From positions 117,105-181,104 of the forward strand of contig JBIISM010000003.1 of the NCBI GenBank assembly GCA_044341025.1: a stretch of 64,000 nt of DNA, written 5' to 3'. Within the stretch, counting starts at the first letter, position 1; every line of letters begins with the position of its first letter. Positions 50,205-60,081 of this stretch are shown here, piece by piece. The DNA comes from Bacteroidia bacterium (GTDB lineage: Bacteria > Bacteroidota > Bacteroidia > NS11-12g > UBA955). A program made the translations under genes and the position numbers. A model generated the notes under the pieces. The model made no database searches. It saw only the letters and a list, made by a program, of their open reading frames with translations, and was not told the origin of the DNA.

Positions 50205-52805
50205 TTAAAGCATCTTCTTCAATTCCTGCAATTTCATCAAGGCATCTATAGGGGTCATGGCATTGACTTCCAAAGCACTTAATTGTCTGTGCAGTTCTTC
50301 CAATTTGGGGTCGTTGACACCAAACATGCTTAATTGATATTGCGGAACCTTTAGCGTTTTTAAAGTCTCCCTGCCACTTATTTGGGCACGGTCTTTTTCA
50401 AGCTCTATTAATATTTCTTCAGCTCTTTGTAAAACGGTCTTTGGAACGCCCGCCATTCGGGCTACATGGATACCAAAACTATGCTCACTTCCACCTTTTA
50501 CCAGCTTGCGTAAAAACAATACCTTATCTTTTGTTTCACGCACCGAAATATGGTAATTAACTATGCCCTCAATATTTTTTTCCAATTCATTCAACTCATG
50601 GTAATGGGTTGCGAATATTGTTTTTGGTTGCTCTGGATGTTTGCCTAAATACTCTGCAATAGCCCATGCCAAACTTACCCCATCGAAAGTACTGGTTCCT
50701 CTTCCAATTTCGTCTAATAGTATTAAACTGCGGTTCGAAATATTATTCAAAATTCCGGCAGTTTCTATCATCTCAACCATGAATGTACTCTCGCCACCAG
50801 AAATATTATCACTAGCCCCTACCCTTGTGTATATGCGGTCTACCAATCCAAAGGCGGCTTCATCTGCTGCAACAAAACAACCAATTTGTCCCATCAAAAC
50901 TGTCAAAGCGGTTTGACGTAAAACAGCACTCTTACCACTCATATTGGGTCCTGTAAGAATCACTATCCTTTGGGTTTCTAAATCCAACTCAATGTCATTG
51001 GGTATATACGCATTGTCTACCGGCAGTTGCTTTTCAATTACTGGATGTCTGCAACCCAATAACTTCAAATTAAATCCTTCATCAATCAAAGGTCTAACAT
51101 AACGGTTGTCTTGAGAAATGCGGGCAAAACTCATCAAACAATCCAAACGGGCCAATAAATGGCTGTTCAATTGAACAGGATTGATGTAATCGCCCATGTG
51201 CAACAATAGATTGCTGTATATCGTGTTTTCAATTTCTAATATGCGGCTCTCGGCACTTAATATTTTATCCTCGTATATCTTTAATTCTTGGGTAATATAA
51301 CGCTCTGCATTGCTTAAAGTCTGCTTGCGAATCCACTCCTCAGGAACCTTGTCTTTATGTGTATTTGTAACCTCTAAATAATATCCAAATACATTGTTGA
51401 ATGCAATTTTTAATGAAGAAATTCCCGTTGCTTCTGCTTCGCGTTTTTGTATCTCTAATAACTTCTCCTTGCCGTTCAATTGCAAATTGCGCAATTCATC
51501 CAATTCTTCATCAACGCCATCGTTGATAACACCGCCCTTATTAATCAAAATTGGCGTATCGTGTTTCAGCTCTTTGAATATCTTTTCTGCCAACTGTATA
51601 CACGGATTTAATTGCTCTGCATAAATCTGCATTTCAGCACTAGGCATGTCCATGCAAATTTCTCTAATTTGCTTAACACAATCCAAAGCCCTAGCCAGTT
51701 GTAAAACTTCTCTAGGATTGGCACGCAACAAGGATATCTTTGAAATGATACGCTCTATATCCCCACATTGTGACAGCAAATTGGCAATTTTTTCTGCTGC
51801 GTCCTTGTATTGAATAAAACCTTCAACCGTATTTAACCTTGCATTTATCTGCTGCAAATCCTTCAATGGCAATACAACCCATTTTTTCATTAAACGGCTG
51901 CCCATAGGGGTTTGCGTTTTGTCCAAAATATCTGCCAGAGTTTTGCCTCCGGGATTCGATGGATATAAAACTTCTAAATTGCGAATCGTAAACTGATCAA
52001 ACCATACATATTTATCCTCATCCATACGGCTAATCGCATTGATGTGTTTGATGTTGTTTTGTTGGTTGTGCTCCAAGTAATACAAAGCACTTCCGGCAGC
52101 TACAATGGCTGAACTTAAATGCCCGATACCGAATCCTTTTAATGTACTCGTACCAAAATGATTCAATAATTTCTCTTCCGCATAATCCGATTGGAAAACC
52201 CAATCTTCTAAGGCAAAATGGTAATACTTATCTGCGGTTAACTGTTTAAATAAATTGCTCTGCGGTTTGCTTATAATCACTTCCGCAGGCTTTAAACTGC
52301 TCAACAATTTATTGATGTAATCTGAGGAGCCTTCTGCCACCATAAACTCGCCCGTCGATATATCTAAAAAAGCAACGCCTGTGTGGTCTTTTCCAAAATA
52401 AACTGAGGCTAAAAAATTACTGGTGTTAATGTCTAAAACTTTGTCGTTAAAAACAACGCCAGGCGTAACCAATTCTGTAACCCCTCTTTTTACAATACCC
52501 TTGGCCATTTTTGGGTCTTCCAATTGCTCGCATATTGCAACCCTGTGTCCGGCCCTCACCAATTTAGGCAAATAGGTGTCTAAGGAATGGTGCGGAAACC
52601 CAGCCAGCTCAATTTCACTGCTGCTGCCAGCACCACGCTTGGTTAATACGATGCCCAAGACCTTCGATGCAAGCACTGCATCTTCTCCAAAGGTTTCGTA
52701 AAAGTCGCCCACACGGAACAACAAAAGTGCTCCAGGGTACTTCTGTTTGAACCCTGAATACTGTTTCATCAATGGTGTCTGATTATCTGTTATCTTTGCG
52801 GACAT
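50205..52805 (-). CDS. mutS: DNA mismatch repair protein MutS
   Basis: 866 aa. N-terminal mismatch-binding FYETFGEDA (Phe-x-Glu), Walker A TGPNMSGKS, and a C-terminal HTH dimerisation region. Confidence 0.9.
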   Translation of the reverse strand: MSAKITDNQTPLMKQYSGFKQKYPGALLLFRVGDFYETFGEDAVLASKVLGIVLTKRGAGSSSEIELAGFPHHSLDTYLPKLVRAGHRVAICEQLEDPKMAKGIVKRGVTELVTPGVVFNDKVLDINTSNFLASVYFGKDHTGVAFLDISTGEFMVAEGSSDYINKLLSSLKPAEVIISKPQSNLFKQLTADKYYHFALEDWVFQSDYAEEKLLNHFGTSTLKGFGIGHLSSAIVAAGSALYYLEHNQQNNIKHINAISRMDEDKYVWFDQFTIRNLEVLYPSNPGGKTLADILDKTQTPMGSRLMKKWVVLPLKDLQQINARLNTVEGFIQYKDAAEKIANLLSQCGDIERIISKISLLRANPREVLQLARALDCVKQIREICMDMPSAEMQIYAEQLNPCIQLAEKIFKELKHDTPILINKGGVINDGVDEELDELRNLQLNGKEKLLEIQKREAEATGISSLKIAFNNVFGYYLEVTNTHKDKVPEEWIRKQTLSNAERYITQELKIYEDKILSAESRILEIENTIYSNLLLHMGDYINPVQLNSHLLARLDCLMSFARISQDNRYVRPLIDEGFNLKLLGCRHPVIEKQLPVDNAYIPNDIELDLETQRIVILTGPNMSGKSAVLRQTALTVLMGQIGCFVAADEAAFGLVDRIYTRVGASDNISGGESTFMVEMIETAGILNNISNRSLILLDEIGRGTSTFDGVSLAWAIAEYLGKHPEQPKTIFATHYHELNELEKNIEGIVNYHISVRETKDKVLFLRKLVKGGSEHSFGIHVARMAGVPKTVLQRAEEILIELEKDRAQISGRETLKTLKVPQYQLSMFGVNDPKLEELHRQLSALEVNAMTPIDALMKLQELKKML

Positions 52806-52862
52806 AAGGCTTAGTCTTGGTTTACAATTTTAGAAAAATAATTTTACAATTTACCCGAAAAA

Positions 52863-53387
52863 ATGTACCGCAAGTTACACACACATCAACTTAACCGATT
52901 AACAATTTATCAATACCAAACCACGCCCCTAAACCCCATTTGCGTTGTGCTCGACAATGTTAGAAGCATGAACAATATTGGCAGTATTTTTAGAAGCTCT
53001 GATGGTTTTGGTGCTGAGCATGTGCATCTTTGTGGCATAAGTGCTTGTCCTCCCCACCGCGATATCCATAAAACAGCTCTTGGTGCTGAACTAAGTATGC
53101 CTTGGACCTACCACAAATCATGCTTGGAAGCTTGCATTGAACTTAAAAAACAAAACTATTTATTGGTTGCTGTTGAACAAGTTGAAAACAGCGTTTTTTT
53201 ACAAGACTTTAAAGCCCATTCTGAACAAAAAATTGCACTCATTTTAGGCAATGAAACCGATGGCGTTTCACAAGAAGTTTTGGATGTATGCGACCATTGT
53301 ATTGAAGTGCCTCAATTTGGAACCAAACATTCTTTCAATGTTTCTGTTTGTGCAGGCATTGTTCTTTGGGAATTGACCAAATTATAG
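52863..53387 (+). CDS. SpoU/TrmH-class RNA 2'-O-methyltransferase
   Basis: 174 aa. SPOUT motifs: NIGSIFRSSDGFG, LILGNETDGVS, VPQFGTKHSFNVSVCAGIVLWEL. Confidence 0.7.
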   Translation: MYRKLHTHQLNRLTIYQYQTTPLNPICVVLDNVRSMNNIGSIFRSSDGFGAEHVHLCGISACPPHRDIHKTALGAELSMPWTYHKSCLEACIELKKQNYLLVAVEQVENSVFLQDFKAHSEQKIALILGNETDGVSQEVLDVCDHCIEVPQFGTKHSFNVSVCAGIVLWELTKL

Positions 53388-53550
53388 TTGTTTTTCATCT
53401 ATAAAACATTCATTTGCATTTTAATTAATGTACAAGATAATATTCATTGCACTTCAATTGCGTATATTTAACTTTTTTTATTTCACTGATTTGAGTCAAC
53501 TTGCATTTGATTTTTTTAATGGCACCATTTTTGAAAATCTTAAAATAAAC

Positions 53551-55596
53551 ATGAAGTATTTCATACTCTTACTATTTGCTAACCTATTGCCCTCTTTGCA
53601 GTTTGCCCAAAACAAAGCCGTGGCCCTTGATTGGCAAAACCAAATTGATTTTGAACAAAACCGCTTCGATATTTTGGATGGTGATTTGGATGGCAAAATA
53701 GAACTAAGCAGTGAAAACCAAAGCACTATAGCCACCAAACTCTATTTAGAACGCATCGATTTGTTTCAAACCCAAATTAAATCGCTTGATGCTGTTCAAT
53801 CAAAACAATACGCCAGAGGCTTGTTCGAATATCTTAAGAAGATTCAAAAACAAGACATTGTCCATTTGTCTTCTTCCCAACGCAACATCGATTTACTAGA
53901 CAAATTAATTAACTTAAAAAACGACAGCAAAGAGCTTGAACTTTTAAAAACAGACATTAAAACGGGTTTAAATTTAAGCGATATCATCAACCTCAAAACC
54001 TATGCTAAAACCTATTGGTTATATGCCGCTGGCTTTTACCCTACAGACGTGTTGAATGTATTTAAAAACTTAGCTTACTCGCCTCTCGGCAATGATGTGT
54101 TACTTGCCTTAGCCCGCATCGATCCTGCAGCCATCAAACAATACTTTGGTTCCAACCACATCATCGATAGGGCGATTAAAAATTCTAAAGACAGCATTGC
54201 CATCTTATTGTACGATATCTACAAACAATTTGGCACACAATCTCGGGCCTATGCACTCATAGAATACATTTCTAAAAAACAATTGAGCATCGCTGAAGCA
54301 GATCAAATTGCAAAAGACCCCAAACGCTTTTTTTCTAAACTCATAGAGCTGAGAAAAAAACAAAATATCTTGGCCGATTACACCGTCGACAAAGAACTCG
54401 AATCGATTGGTATGGAGCGGGTAGTTGAAATAAATCTAAGACACGAAGAAACCGAAGTGTACAGATTTTCACCCATTCAAAATGACAATGCCTACGAAAT
54501 TTATACGTCCATTGTCTATTGTCCTCAAGAAATATTTACCTCAACTTTCCTTGGTATGTATAGCCGTCTCATGGAAAAAAGAAAGGAAACGTCCTCTTAC
54601 CTGTTCCTGAAAAAAATGAACTACAACAAGTTCAGAATCTTTCTAAAACAATGCGCAGGCTATAACAAATTAGACGATTTCTTTTCTCATATGAACGACA
54701 GCCAAGCCAACGCACTTATCCAAGCATTTGCAGGTGGCTTGTACAATTATGGTGGCGATCTGGGCCCGGCGGTTGATGTTGCTGATACCTACGGAAGTTT
54801 AGATAACGAAAAAATTAAGGCTATTTTCCTAAACACCATTGAAAAAGAATTGAAAAAATGCATTCTTGAAAGCAATGAACACGGTATAAAAATATATGGT
54901 CTATTGCTCAAACTTTGTGGCGGAAATCCTACTAGCTATAGCAATAAATTTACTTTTGATATCCCCAATTTAGACCGTGTGCGTTCTGCCGACTTATTCC
55001 CCGATAGCTTACACATTCAACAACACTTTTTCTTTGATGATGAAGACGGTGAAACCGCTTTTAACAACTGGTTAAGCTTGTACCCTGCTGCCATTTATAA
55101 AAAAGAGGACAAGGGAACCTACATCGTTTTCAAAACCATTAAAGGAAAGCGCATGGCAATTTATGCCAACAAACCCCATTCAGAAATTGAGGGTAGAAAG
55201 GCGCTTAGCGCTTACTTCGAAAGCATAAACCGTTTTCCAGATTTAATCGTTCACCGCGGTCATTCTTACTATATTGAAAACACGCTCGACAACATGAGCA
55301 ACAGCAACAAAGTGGCTATTTTAGGGAGTTGTGGTGGTTATCAAAACATTAGTAAAGCAATGGAAAACGCCTTCGATGTTCAAATTATCAGCACCAAACA
55401 AGTGGGAACTATGGCCGTTAATACCGTCCTTATTCAAGAAATTACTGAAACAATTAGAGCCGGAAAAGACCTTGTATGGTTGGATGTTTGGAAGCAAATA
55501 AGCATCAAACTTAAAAACAATCCGCAGTTTAAAGATTACATCCCTCCATACAAAAATTTAGGTGCCAAATTCATTCGTGCTTACAACGAATTATAG
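53551..55596 (+). CDS. Large secreted hypothetical protein
   Basis: Start trimmed to the Met at 53551 (signal peptide MKYFILLLFANLLPSLQFAQ), giving ~681 aa. Mostly helical, with no recognisable motif. Its 3' end overlaps the convergent GT-C paralog B by 6 nt. Confidence 0.45.
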   Translation: MKYFILLLFANLLPSLQFAQNKAVALDWQNQIDFEQNRFDILDGDLDGKIELSSENQSTIATKLYLERIDLFQTQIKSLDAVQSKQYARGLFEYLKKIQKQDIVHLSSSQRNIDLLDKLINLKNDSKELELLKTDIKTGLNLSDIINLKTYAKTYWLYAAGFYPTDVLNVFKNLAYSPLGNDVLLALARIDPAAIKQYFGSNHIIDRAIKNSKDSIAILLYDIYKQFGTQSRAYALIEYISKKQLSIAEADQIAKDPKRFFSKLIELRKKQNILADYTVDKELESIGMERVVEINLRHEETEVYRFSPIQNDNAYEIYTSIVYCPQEIFTSTFLGMYSRLMEKRKETSSYLFLKKMNYNKFRIFLKQCAGYNKLDDFFSHMNDSQANALIQAFAGGLYNYGGDLGPAVDVADTYGSLDNEKIKAIFLNTIEKELKKCILESNEHGIKIYGLLLKLCGGNPTSYSNKFTFDIPNLDRVRSADLFPDSLHIQQHFFFDDEDGETAFNNWLSLYPAAIYKKEDKGTYIVFKTIKGKRMAIYANKPHSEIEGRKALSAYFESINRFPDLIVHRGHSYYIENTLDNMSNSNKVAILGSCGGYQNISKAMENAFDVQIISTKQVGTMAVNTVLIQEITETIRAGKDLVWLDVWKQISIKLKNNPQFKDYIPPYKNLGAKFIRAYNEL

Positions 55597-57042
55597 TTTT
55601 CTCTTTTTAAATAAATACGATTTGGCATAACCTGATTCGAACTGCTTTACCAAGCTGTATATTTGGGTATCAGGTGCATTCCATTCCATATTTCCAGGAT
55701 AACAATATACCCTGTACTGAGCAGTTTTTGAAAACGTGGTGTCTAATTTAAATTGTCTTTCTTTAATGTAACCAAAACGGCTATCAACAGCTGCCAATTG
55801 CAAAGGAAAGGCAAAGCCAATGCTGTCATTTCTGTAATCGCCTGAATTAACAAAATTCAACATTTGGGCATTGGCTTTTATCATATGTCTATACCCTAAA
55901 TCCACTTCTGTAAACCTAGTCTTGTTTTCTAAATTAAACACACCTGTTACGTAGGCAAGCAATACGCCTAATACGACTAGCATTGGATGAAAGCGTTTGA
56001 AATACACTATGCCTTTTGCAAATAACACCACCACAAAAGGGAGCAATATTAAAAAGTATCGGTCCAATACCGCTGCTATGCCTGAAAATGCGATAAATCC
56101 AAAACAATAAATGCCCAGCAAAATAAGATCAGAATCCAATTTAAATCGGATTTTATTTTTTTGAATTAAAGATACCACCAAGGCAAGAACACAAATGCCC
56201 GATAACACCAATCTACCTTGGTCTTTAAATGCTATTTCCAAAGGATAATCCCAGGTCTTTTGAAGTATACTGCCCAAACTTGGTTTTAAATTTCCCAAAT
56301 TCCCTGGATGCAAATACCATCCAAATGTTGCCTTTGTAAGCAATAAAAAGGCAAAGAAAAATCCTATAGGCAAGAGAAATAATATCGATTCTTTAAAGAC
56401 CTTCCTTTTGTCTTGGTCAAACAGTAATAGGTAGACTCTATGGGTCAAAAACGCAATGGCTAAGACCAGCCCAGTTTCTTTTGTTAATAGTCCAAAAACA
56501 CAAAACACAATCGCCAATACATAGTTTTTGCGCATGTAAAAAAGCAAGGCAAAAGTGGTGTTCATGGCCAAGAATACTTCCAATAAAATTTGTGTTGAAA
56601 GAGCCAAGACCATAGGCTGCATTAAAAACAACAAAAATGATGTGAGCGCTATCAAACGGTCTTTGCTCAAATGAAGGGCCAATAAATACGTGCCTAATGA
56701 TAATAGGTAAGTAAACAAAAGGTTGCAGACATGCAAGCTGGCAACACTTGAACCAAAAACTTTTGCAAAAAGTGAAAACACAAGATGCATCATCAGTGGA
56801 TGACCAAAACTCAATGAGGCCGGCAAAGCAGAAGGCAAGATGGAAATGCCATGGTCGTGCATATACAATACCCCACTCGCATAAGCGCCCATCTCATCCC
56901 AAAAATAGGGTAAGAAAATGTCGTTCCATTTTACCATTAGAAAAACAAGCCAAGCCAAGCCCATCAATATGTTTCGGTAGATTGCTTTCTCTACCCATCC
57001 AAACCACTTGCTTTGAATTGTATGTTCTTTTTCTACTGACAT
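55591..57042 (-). CDS. Polytopic GT-C-fold membrane glycosyltransferase (ArnT/PMT-like), paralog B
   Basis: 483 aa, ~12 TM helices. PYFWDEMGAYASGVLYMHDHGISILPSALPASLSFGHPLM and a C-terminal YPGNM block are shared with 32799..34205. Confidence 0.5.
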   Translation of the reverse strand: MSVEKEHTIQSKWFGWVEKAIYRNILMGLAWLVFLMVKWNDIFLPYFWDEMGAYASGVLYMHDHGISILPSALPASLSFGHPLMMHLVFSLFAKVFGSSVASLHVCNLLFTYLLSLGTYLLALHLSKDRLIALTSFLLFLMQPMVLALSTQILLEVFLAMNTTFALLFYMRKNYVLAIVFCVFGLLTKETGLVLAIAFLTHRVYLLLFDQDKRKVFKESILFLLPIGFFFAFLLLTKATFGWYLHPGNLGNLKPSLGSILQKTWDYPLEIAFKDQGRLVLSGICVLALVVSLIQKNKIRFKLDSDLILLGIYCFGFIAFSGIAAVLDRYFLILLPFVVVLFAKGIVYFKRFHPMLVVLGVLLAYVTGVFNLENKTRFTEVDLGYRHMIKANAQMLNFVNSGDYRNDSIGFAFPLQLAAVDSRFGYIKERQFKLDTTFSKTAQYRVYCYPGNMEWNAPDTQIYSLVKQFESGYAKSYLFKKRKL

Positions 57043-57153
57043 CTAAACCTTTACGTTTGGGCAAAATTAAACTAATTCGTTTTAAATTAAGTCTTGCAAT
57101 AATAATCAAGTATAAGTATTTGTATTGAAACTAAACATCAAGTTTGAATTAAC

Positions 57154-57390
57154 TTGGCGTTTCAAACCATTAAATTGAATATGGACGGTTTTGAATTCAT
57201 TGCACAAGCACTCGGTGAAGGATTGATTCACCCATTCCTAAAATCAATTGGAACCCTTCTGCGTTGGCCATTTTTATTTAGAAAATACACCCTTAAAGAA
57301 ATCTATAAAAAACCTTGGAACACAAGGATTGGGGGGATTGGAATTGCGGTATTAGTTTGCTTATTGTTAATTTATAAATACTATTTTTAA
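57154..57390 (+). CDS. Hypothetical small membrane protein, 78 aa
   Basis: ORF with a C-terminal TM helix (GGIGIAVLVCLLLIYKYYF) in an AT-rich segment. Weak support. Confidence 0.25.
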   Translation: MAFQTIKLNMDGFEFIAQALGEGLIHPFLKSIGTLLRWPFLFRKYTLKEIYKKPWNTRIGGIGIAVLVCLLLIYKYYF

Positions 57391-57576
57391 ATATAAATAT
57401 TCGAATTAATAAAAAGAATTAACTTTATGTATTGTAAATGTATTTTAAAAATAAAAAAGGTTGCTATTTTAAAAAATCTTTGTCCAAAAAAAAATAAAAA
57501 TCAATGCAAATAAATTATTAATTAATACATTAACTTTGATGTTAAAAGATGAATTTAAATTTTAAATAAAAAATAT

Positions 57577-57957
57577 ATGAAATTAAATAAAAACCAAATA
57601 GCAATTGCTTGCTTTTTTAAGGTGAACACTATTTTATCAAAAACCAATATTAGTCAAGAACTTGCAGAAGTTTTTATTCAAGTTTTAGATGAAACAGATG
57701 AACTTTATTACGATTCTGATGATTATCAGCTAGTTCGTGCCAATAATTCAAACATTGAAGAATATGATCTTGAACAACAATTTGGAGCTTTAGAATTACT
57801 TACAAAGTATAGAATTCTTCTCGTTATTCTAACGTCATTTAGCAGACACTTTGGGCAAATGGAATATGACGATCAAAGAAAAGTCAATTGGTACAATTTA
57901 GGCTCTCAGAATGGCGTAGATATGGATGCCTGGAAAAAATGGCAAAGAGATAGATAA
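57577..57957 (+). CDS. Hypothetical acidic protein, 126 aa
   Basis: ORF inside the AT-rich tRNA-proximal segment. Rich in Asp/Glu (LDETDELYYDSDDYQL). Immediately followed by direct repeat DR1, which looks like a terminator. Confidence 0.35.
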   Translation: MKLNKNQIAIACFFKVNTILSKTNISQELAEVFIQVLDETDELYYDSDDYQLVRANNSNIEEYDLEQQFGALELLTKYRILLVILTSFSRHFGQMEYDDQRKVNWYNLGSQNGVDMDAWKKWQRDR

Positions 57958-57968
57958 TAAACAATATA

Positions 57969-58019
57969 TTTTCTTTTTCTATGCCTCCAAATGCTCAAAT
58001 CAGAGCCTTTGGCATTTTG
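57969..58019 (+). repeat. 51-bp direct repeat, copy 1 (DR1): terminator-like hairpin CCAAAUGCUC-AAAUCA-GAGCCUUUGG followed by CAUUUUG
   Basis: Seen directly: 51/51 nt identical to 58401..58451. It brackets the tandem array on the left. Confidence 0.8.
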
Positions 58020-58029
58020 CTGGAAAAGG

Positions 58030-58400
58030 GACAGGATTACCTAAAGGTGGTCCTAAAGGGGTGGCTTAACAAAGAATGAAGAATGTGCTGGCCTGCTTCG
58101 CATGCCTTCCATTTTTTATTTTGTAAAATTGCTCAAAGCAAAGGCAGAGCTTTAAGACAGGATTACCTAAAGGTGGTCCTAAGGGAATGGCTTAACAATG
58201 AAAACAAAATCAGAAGTCTGCTGCGAATGAATCTTAAAAGGACAGGATTACCTAGCGGTGGTCCTAAAGGGGTGGCTTAACAAAGAAAACAAAATCAGAA
58301 GTCTGCTGCGCATGAATGTTAAAAAGACAGGAGTACCTAACGGTGGTCCTAAGGGGGTGGCTGAACAAATAAAACAAAATCAGAAGTCTGCTGCGCATCC
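58030..58400 (+). repeat. Tandem array of an ~85-bp unit (2 full and 2 partial copies) beginning gacaggattacctaaaggtggtcctaaaggggtggcttaacaaagaaaacaaaatcagaagtctgctgcgcatgaatgttaaaaa
   Basis: Seen directly. Unit starts fall at 58030, 58156, 58241 and 58326. Units 2 and 3 are 85 bp with a few substitutions. Each unit holds an internal near-duplication cctaaagg(g)gtgg. The unit 2/3 junction encodes ATG-...-TAA MNLKRTGLPSGGPKGVA (58227..58280). Confidence 0.8.
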
Positions 58401-58451
58401 TTTTCTTTTTCTATGCCTCCAAATGCTCAAATCAGAGCCTTTGGCATTTTG
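58401..58451 (+). repeat. 51-bp direct repeat, copy 2 (DR2)
   Basis: Identical to DR1. Lies between the tandem array and the tRNA-proximal terminator. Confidence 0.8.
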
Positions 58452-58455
58452 TGGC

Positions 58456-58485
58456 ATAAAAAAAGCCGCTAACGCGGCTGATTTT
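58456..58485 (-). terminator. Rho-independent terminator downstream of tRNA-fMet
   Basis: On the minus strand: AGCCGC-GUUA-GCGGCU followed by UUUUUUUU. An A-run on the other side makes it bidirectional. Confidence 0.7.
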
Positions 58486-58495
58486 GTTTCCTTTG

Positions 58496-58567
<72 letters not shown>

Positions 58568-58665
58568 ATTTTTTGGGACTGCAAATATACAGGTTATTAT
58601 TAAATTTACAAGATATTAATCTTAAGTTTATTAAATCTGGTCGAATTTGAATGCATTTTTAGGTG

Positions 58666-60081
58666 CTATTCTTGCTCCAATTCAGCAGCAACATTGCCCA
58701 TGTGCATGTGGCTCGAAAAACTTCCAAGGCGGTCTAAAATTGGATATATGCCTTGCTTCTTTTTTAATTTGTAAGCCAATATATACAATATGGCCTCGGT
58801 GCTAATTAAAATTGTTTTCTTAATGTCTGTGTTCCAATTGATATAAGAAACAAATGAGTTGTATAAATCGCTAAAGTGATTTGAGACCAAAATATAACTT
58901 ACTTTCTTGTATCCCTCTTTGCTCAATGACTTTAAATTATCTGAAATATACTCCTTAACAATTCTGCGGTCGTTTTCTTTTTGGAAATCTGCACTGCTTG
59001 GATGGGCATCCAATACGATGGCAATATTTTCTTCGCGAAACTTAAGCACCGCATAGGCATTTTTTTCTTTGTTTTGATCCAATACCTCAACCTGAAAATC
59101 CAATTGTGAAAATGCTTCTAAAACCAAGGCTGAAAAACTATTCTCTGCATCATCTTGAACATACCCATTACTTAACAAGCGGCTTAAGCGGGGCATTAAA
59201 TATTCTTGGTAATTTATGAGATCCTTGCTCGCCATTGCATGGTCAATTTGCACTTGACTTCTCTCCTCGAGCTCAGCATCTTGAGGAGTCTCTGCGTTTG
59301 CAGATAGAACTGTAATTGCTTCTTTTACAAGGGCTTTTATAGGCCCAGCCTTTGGGCTCGGGATTAATTCTGCGACGTAAGACAAGGCCTCAGGTTTAAA
59401 TTTGAAATTCCATAAAGCATGCTCAAGTTCCCAATAACTTACCTCTCTACCAGCTATTTCTTCAATAATGCCTTTAACTTGGTTGTATACCGATAAATAA
59501 GCCTCATAAGTTGCCTTTTGGGTTTTTTGCTCTTCCCATACATCCAACTCCTTGAACGAACTGATTAAATTTGGGTATAAAATTGGCCATTTTTTATAGT
59601 TGCTAATTTGCCAAAAATAGGACAAGAAAAAACCAACCGATCCAGGATATGGCGCATTGTGTTTGTCTTTCGATTTGGTGTAAATGGCAATTGTCATTTT
59701 TTCCAAAGTTTCTATTTTGCTTAAGGCCTCTCTTAAATTTTTAGGCTCTGTTATAAGTTCTTTTAAAGCTGCCTCTAATTTGTCTAAACTGTTCTCGTTG
59801 TATTTAATCATTTGATTAAAATACATTTGTCCCAATTTAGCTGTGAATCCCCATAAATTATTGTGTTTGTTGTAACTGTCTAATGCCGTTCTGAAATCGT
59901 TCACATCAAAATCACCTTTCATGAAATTATGAATGATAATTTTAACCACCTCGATGGCATACACGCGGCTGTCGTCAATATTATTGCCGCTCTGACCCTC
60001 GGCATCCTTTTCTGTCTTTACAGTTGAAACATGCTCGTTCCAAACCTCCAGAATTTGACTCCTTAAATGTTCTTGTGACAT
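58666..60081 (-). CDS. Hypothetical 471-aa protein with no recognisable domain; possibly a C-terminal PD-(D/E)xK-like nuclease fold
   Basis: Long ORF with no signal peptide or TM helix and a mostly helical N-terminal two-thirds. The C-terminal third (FSALVLEAFSQLDFQVEVLDQNKEKNAYAVLKF...IAIVLDAH) alternates beta-strand and helix with acidic and Lys positions, reminiscent of restriction-endonuclease-like folds but not diagnostic. Confidence 0.5.
   Translation of the reverse strand: MSQEHLRSQILEVWNEHVSTVKTEKDAEGQSGNNIDDSRVYAIEVVKIIIHNFMKGDFDVNDFRTALDSYNKHNNLWGFTAKLGQMYFNQMIKYNENSLDKLEAALKELITEPKNLREALSKIETLEKMTIAIYTKSKDKHNAPYPGSVGFFLSYFWQISNYKKWPILYPNLISSFKELDVWEEQKTQKATYEAYLSVYNQVKGIIEEIAGREVSYWELEHALWNFKFKPEALSYVAELIPSPKAGPIKALVKEAITVLSANAETPQDAELEERSQVQIDHAMASKDLINYQEYLMPRLSRLLSNGYVQDDAENSFSALVLEAFSQLDFQVEVLDQNKEKNAYAVLKFREENIAIVLDAHPSSADFQKENDRRIVKEYISDNLKSLSKEGYKKVSYILVSNHFSDLYNSFVSYINWNTDIKKTILISTEAILYILAYKLKKKQGIYPILDRLGSFSSHMHMGNVAAELEQE

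Noticed and set aside
58030-58400. Possible CRISPR array next to the tRNA
   Set aside because: The units are ~85 bp and near-identical tandem copies with no unique spacers. CRISPR repeats are 28-37 bp separated by variable spacers. No cas genes are present.
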